Shown: piece by piece, positions 26,392-28,335 of the stretch
How the letters are laid out: every line of letters starts with the position of its first letter
Position numbering within the stretch: the stretch's first letter is position 1
IMG/VR virus record: IMGVR_UViG_3300031951_000945
Location: 1-28,335 of that record
DNA length: 28,335 nucleotides
From: a virus
Lineage: Duplodnaviria; Caudoviricetes
Reading direction: 5' to 3' (one strand)
Program-made: the position numbers and the translations under genes
Notes under the pieces: model-generated
Told to the model about the DNA's origin: nothing
Databases searched by the model: none
What the model saw: the letters and a program-made list of their open reading frames with translations, nothing else

Positions 26392-27315
26392 TTGTTAAAA
26401 GATATATATACGGCAGAACAAGTTAAGCGTGTACTAACTGGCGCTGGTATTGATATTGAGGCAGAGTATGGAACAGATTATATTGTTTTTTGTCCATATC
26501 ATAATAACAATAGAACTCCTGCTGGAGAAGTATCAAAGGATCATGGAACATTTTTTTGTTTTGGATGTCAGACAACAAAAAGCCTTATTGAGTTTATAAT
26601 GCATACATCTAATAGAACATATTTTGAATCAATTAGATATATCAAAAGCAAAGAACAAGAAACCAGTATTGAAGATTCAGTCAACAAAGCCTTAATTGAA
26701 AAGCCAGAATTTGTTCAATATGATGAATTACTAATTAAAAGATTAAATAATCAAGCACTAGAATCTCCAAGAGCAATTAGATATTTTGAAGGAAGAAGTA
26801 TTACAAAAGATTCTATTAATAAATTTAATCTTGGATATTCAGAAAAACAAGACTCAGTAACAATACCAGTGCACTCACCTGACGGAATGTGCATAGGATT
26901 TGTTGCTAGAACTATTGAAGGTAAAGAGTTTAAAAATACACCAGGATTACCAAAAGGTAAGGTATTGTTTAATCTTCATAGAATTAAAGCATCAAGCACT
27001 GTTTATGTTGTTGAGTCATCCTTTGATGCAATTAGATTAGACCAAGTTGGATTCCCTGCGGTTGCTACGCTAGGGGCAAATGTTTCTGCAGCACAGATAA
27101 AGTTATTAGAAAAATATTTTAATAACGTTGTACTGATTGCAGATAACGATGATGCAGGAATAATAATGAGAGATAAGTTAATTGAAAAACTTGGATCTGT
27201 TGTTACATCTGTTTATATAGATAAAAAATATAAAGATATAGGCGACATGGATGATGATGCAATTAAAAAACTGGAGTTTCAGTTTGACAATTCTATTATC
27301 GGTATGTTAAAATAG
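26392..27315 (+). CDS. dnaG: DNA primase (CHC2 zinc finger plus TOPRIM)
   Basis: CPYH...FFCFGC zinc finger, VVESSFDA, ATLGA, IADNDDAG, KDIGD; TTG start right after the previous stop. Confidence 0.92.
   Translation: MLKDIYTAEQVKRVLTGAGIDIEAEYGTDYIVFCPYHNNNRTPAGEVSKDHGTFFCFGCQTTKSLIEFIMHTSNRTYFESIRYIKSKEQETSIEDSVNKALIEKPEFVQYDELLIKRLNNQALESPRAIRYFEGRSITKDSINKFNLGYSEKQDSVTIPVHSPDGMCIGFVARTIEGKEFKNTPGLPKGKVLFNLHRIKASSTVYVVESSFDAIRLDQVGFPAVATLGANVSAAQIKLLEKYFNNVVLIADNDDAGIIMRDKLIEKLGSVVTSVYIDKKYKDIGDMDDDAIKKLEFQFDNSIIGMLK
27284..27313 (+). promoter_or_regulatory. Consensus promoter TTGACA-18-TAAAAT with extended TG, inside the primase 3' end
   Basis: TTGACA 27284-27289; TG 27305-27306; TAAAAT 27308-27313. 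Confidence 0.75.
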
Positions 27316-27326
27316 AAGAGGTGGCT

Positions 27327-27635
27327 ATGAAAAACAAAACAAAAAAGAAGCATATGGAATGGGTCGTTGCTTTAAAAACAATGGGTCATAAAAAGTATTG
27401 GACAAAAGCCAATACTGTTGAGTTTTTTGCATTTGTTGCAAAAGGCGCAATTATTATTCCAGGGCTTCTATTTGATATTAGTATCTGGTGGTTTTATATT
27501 TTTGCTTTAATATCAAGTTTAGGTTTAATATGGTCATCAACAGTAAAAACTATACCAACTCTAATTTGGTTTAATATATTGTGGAGCATTCTTGCTATTC
27601 TATTTATTTTAAAACATTTTGGACTAGTACTATAA
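27327..27635 (+). CDS. Small membrane protein (about 3 transmembrane helices)
   Basis: Basic N-terminus then three hydrophobic segments (FFAFVAKGAIIIPGLLF; WWFYIFALISSLGLIWS; TLIWFNILWSILAILFIL). Start is GTG 27321 or ATG 27327. Confidence 0.75.
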   Translation: MKNKTKKKHMEWVVALKTMGHKKYWTKANTVEFFAFVAKGAIIIPGLLFDISIWWFYIFALISSLGLIWSSTVKTIPTLIWFNILWSILAILFILKHFGLVL

Positions 27636-27662
27636 AAAATAAAAACAAGGAGAAAAAATAAC

Positions 27663-28319
27663 ATGACTATTGTAAAGGGACTCAAGAATATTAATGCCCT
27701 AGTTGATAAGCCAAAATATGACGAAAACTCACCAAAGGTAAGATGGTTAAAACTTGCTGATGGACAATCTGCAAAGATCAGATTCATTGAAGAACTTGAT
27801 GAAGACTCTGCAAACTATAATCCAGAACGTGGATTAGCACTAGTTGTTAAAGAACACACAAATCCAAAAGACTACAAGCGTAAGGCTGTAGATACTATGG
27901 AGTCTGAAGGCCGTGACTGGGCTGAAGAAATGCATCGCAAAGATCCAAAGGCTGGCTGGAGAGCACGTCTTCGTTTTTATTGCAACGTACTTGTAGATGA
28001 TGGAATTGAAGAACCATATGTGGCTATTTGGTCAATGGGTGTAAGCAAGCAATCTGCATTTAATACTATTCGTGAGTATGCTCTTGAAACAGGAAGCATC
28101 TCAAATATTTCATGGAAGTTAAAGCGTAATGGCCAGGGTACTGAAACCAGTTACACACTAATTCCATCTGCACCAGACAAAGAACCGTTTGATTGGTCAG
28201 CATTAAAGCCATATCCTCTTGAGTTAGCATTAAAGAAAATTCCTTATGCTGAACAAGAAGCATTCTATTTGGGGTTTGATACTCCATCTGTAACTTCATC
28301 AACCAACACAGATTGGTAA
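27663..28319 (+). CDS. Single-stranded DNA-binding protein, T4 gp32-like
   Basis: WLKLADGQSAKIRFI, RFYCNVLV, WKLKRNGQGTETSYTLIP, and a C-terminal tail ending DW; strong SD AAGGAG; after primase. Confidence 0.75.
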   Translation: MTIVKGLKNINALVDKPKYDENSPKVRWLKLADGQSAKIRFIEELDEDSANYNPERGLALVVKEHTNPKDYKRKAVDTMESEGRDWAEEMHRKDPKAGWRARLRFYCNVLVDDGIEEPYVAIWSMGVSKQSAFNTIREYALETGSISNISWKLKRNGQGTETSYTLIPSAPDKEPFDWSALKPYPLELALKKIPYAEQEAFYLGFDTPSVTSSTNTDW

Positions 28320-28320
28320 A

Positions 28321-28335
28321 ATGAGTTACGTAGGC
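28321..28335 (+). CDS. First 5 codons (MSYVG) of next gene, probably DNA polymerase III alpha (DnaE-like)
   Basis: ATG 1 nt after the SSB stop. MSYVG fits the M-x-[FY]-V-x-L-H-x-H opening of PHP domains, but only 5 codons are visible. Confidence 0.4.

Noticed and set aside
478-28302. Other short alternative-frame and minus-strand ORFs in the track (e.g. 478-867, 11646-11948, 20314-20694, 21410-21628, 27494-27787)
   Set aside because: All overlap well-supported + strand genes and show no RBS or recognisable motifs.
1-28335. tRNAs, introns, inteins, integrase, lysis genes, diversity-generating retroelement, stop-codon recoding
   Set aside because: Intergenic gaps are all under about 95 nt, helicase and primase are uninterrupted, standard-code ORFs tile the window using all three stop codons, and no reverse transcriptase or template/variable repeat pair was seen.

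Overview
A 28.3-kb, AT-rich, gene-dense fragment of a long-tailed (siphovirus-type) dsDNA phage. All credible genes are on the + strand. Order: 3' end of an unknown gene, portal, HK97-type prohead protease with a nested scaffold gene, major capsid, small Rho-N/HeH-like protein, four head-tail connector genes, tail tube, two paralogous tail assembly chaperones, a 2015-aa tape measure protein (TMP), distal tail, hub and minor tail genes. A Zn-ribbon gene, an HTH gene and a replication module follow (DnaB-type helicase, DnaG-type primase, gp32-like SSB, and probably the first codons of DnaE). Two accessory genes interrupt the replication module. I saw no terminase, lysis, integrase, tRNA or CRISPR features. 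Main observations: (1) the tail chaperone G/GT pair appears to be two separately promoted paralogous genes rather than a programmed frameshift; (2) a DRGH-like nuclease motif sits in a central, motif-bounded segment of the TMP; (3) there are two promoter classes, TTGACA-type promoters inside gene ends for replication genes and mostly extended -10-only, sometimes near-leaderless, promoters for virion genes; (4) the scaffold gene is nested and has its own promoter and RBS; (5) the SSB's predicted Zn-binding cysteines appear replaced by acidic residues. All functional calls come from motif recognition and synteny by eye, not database searches.
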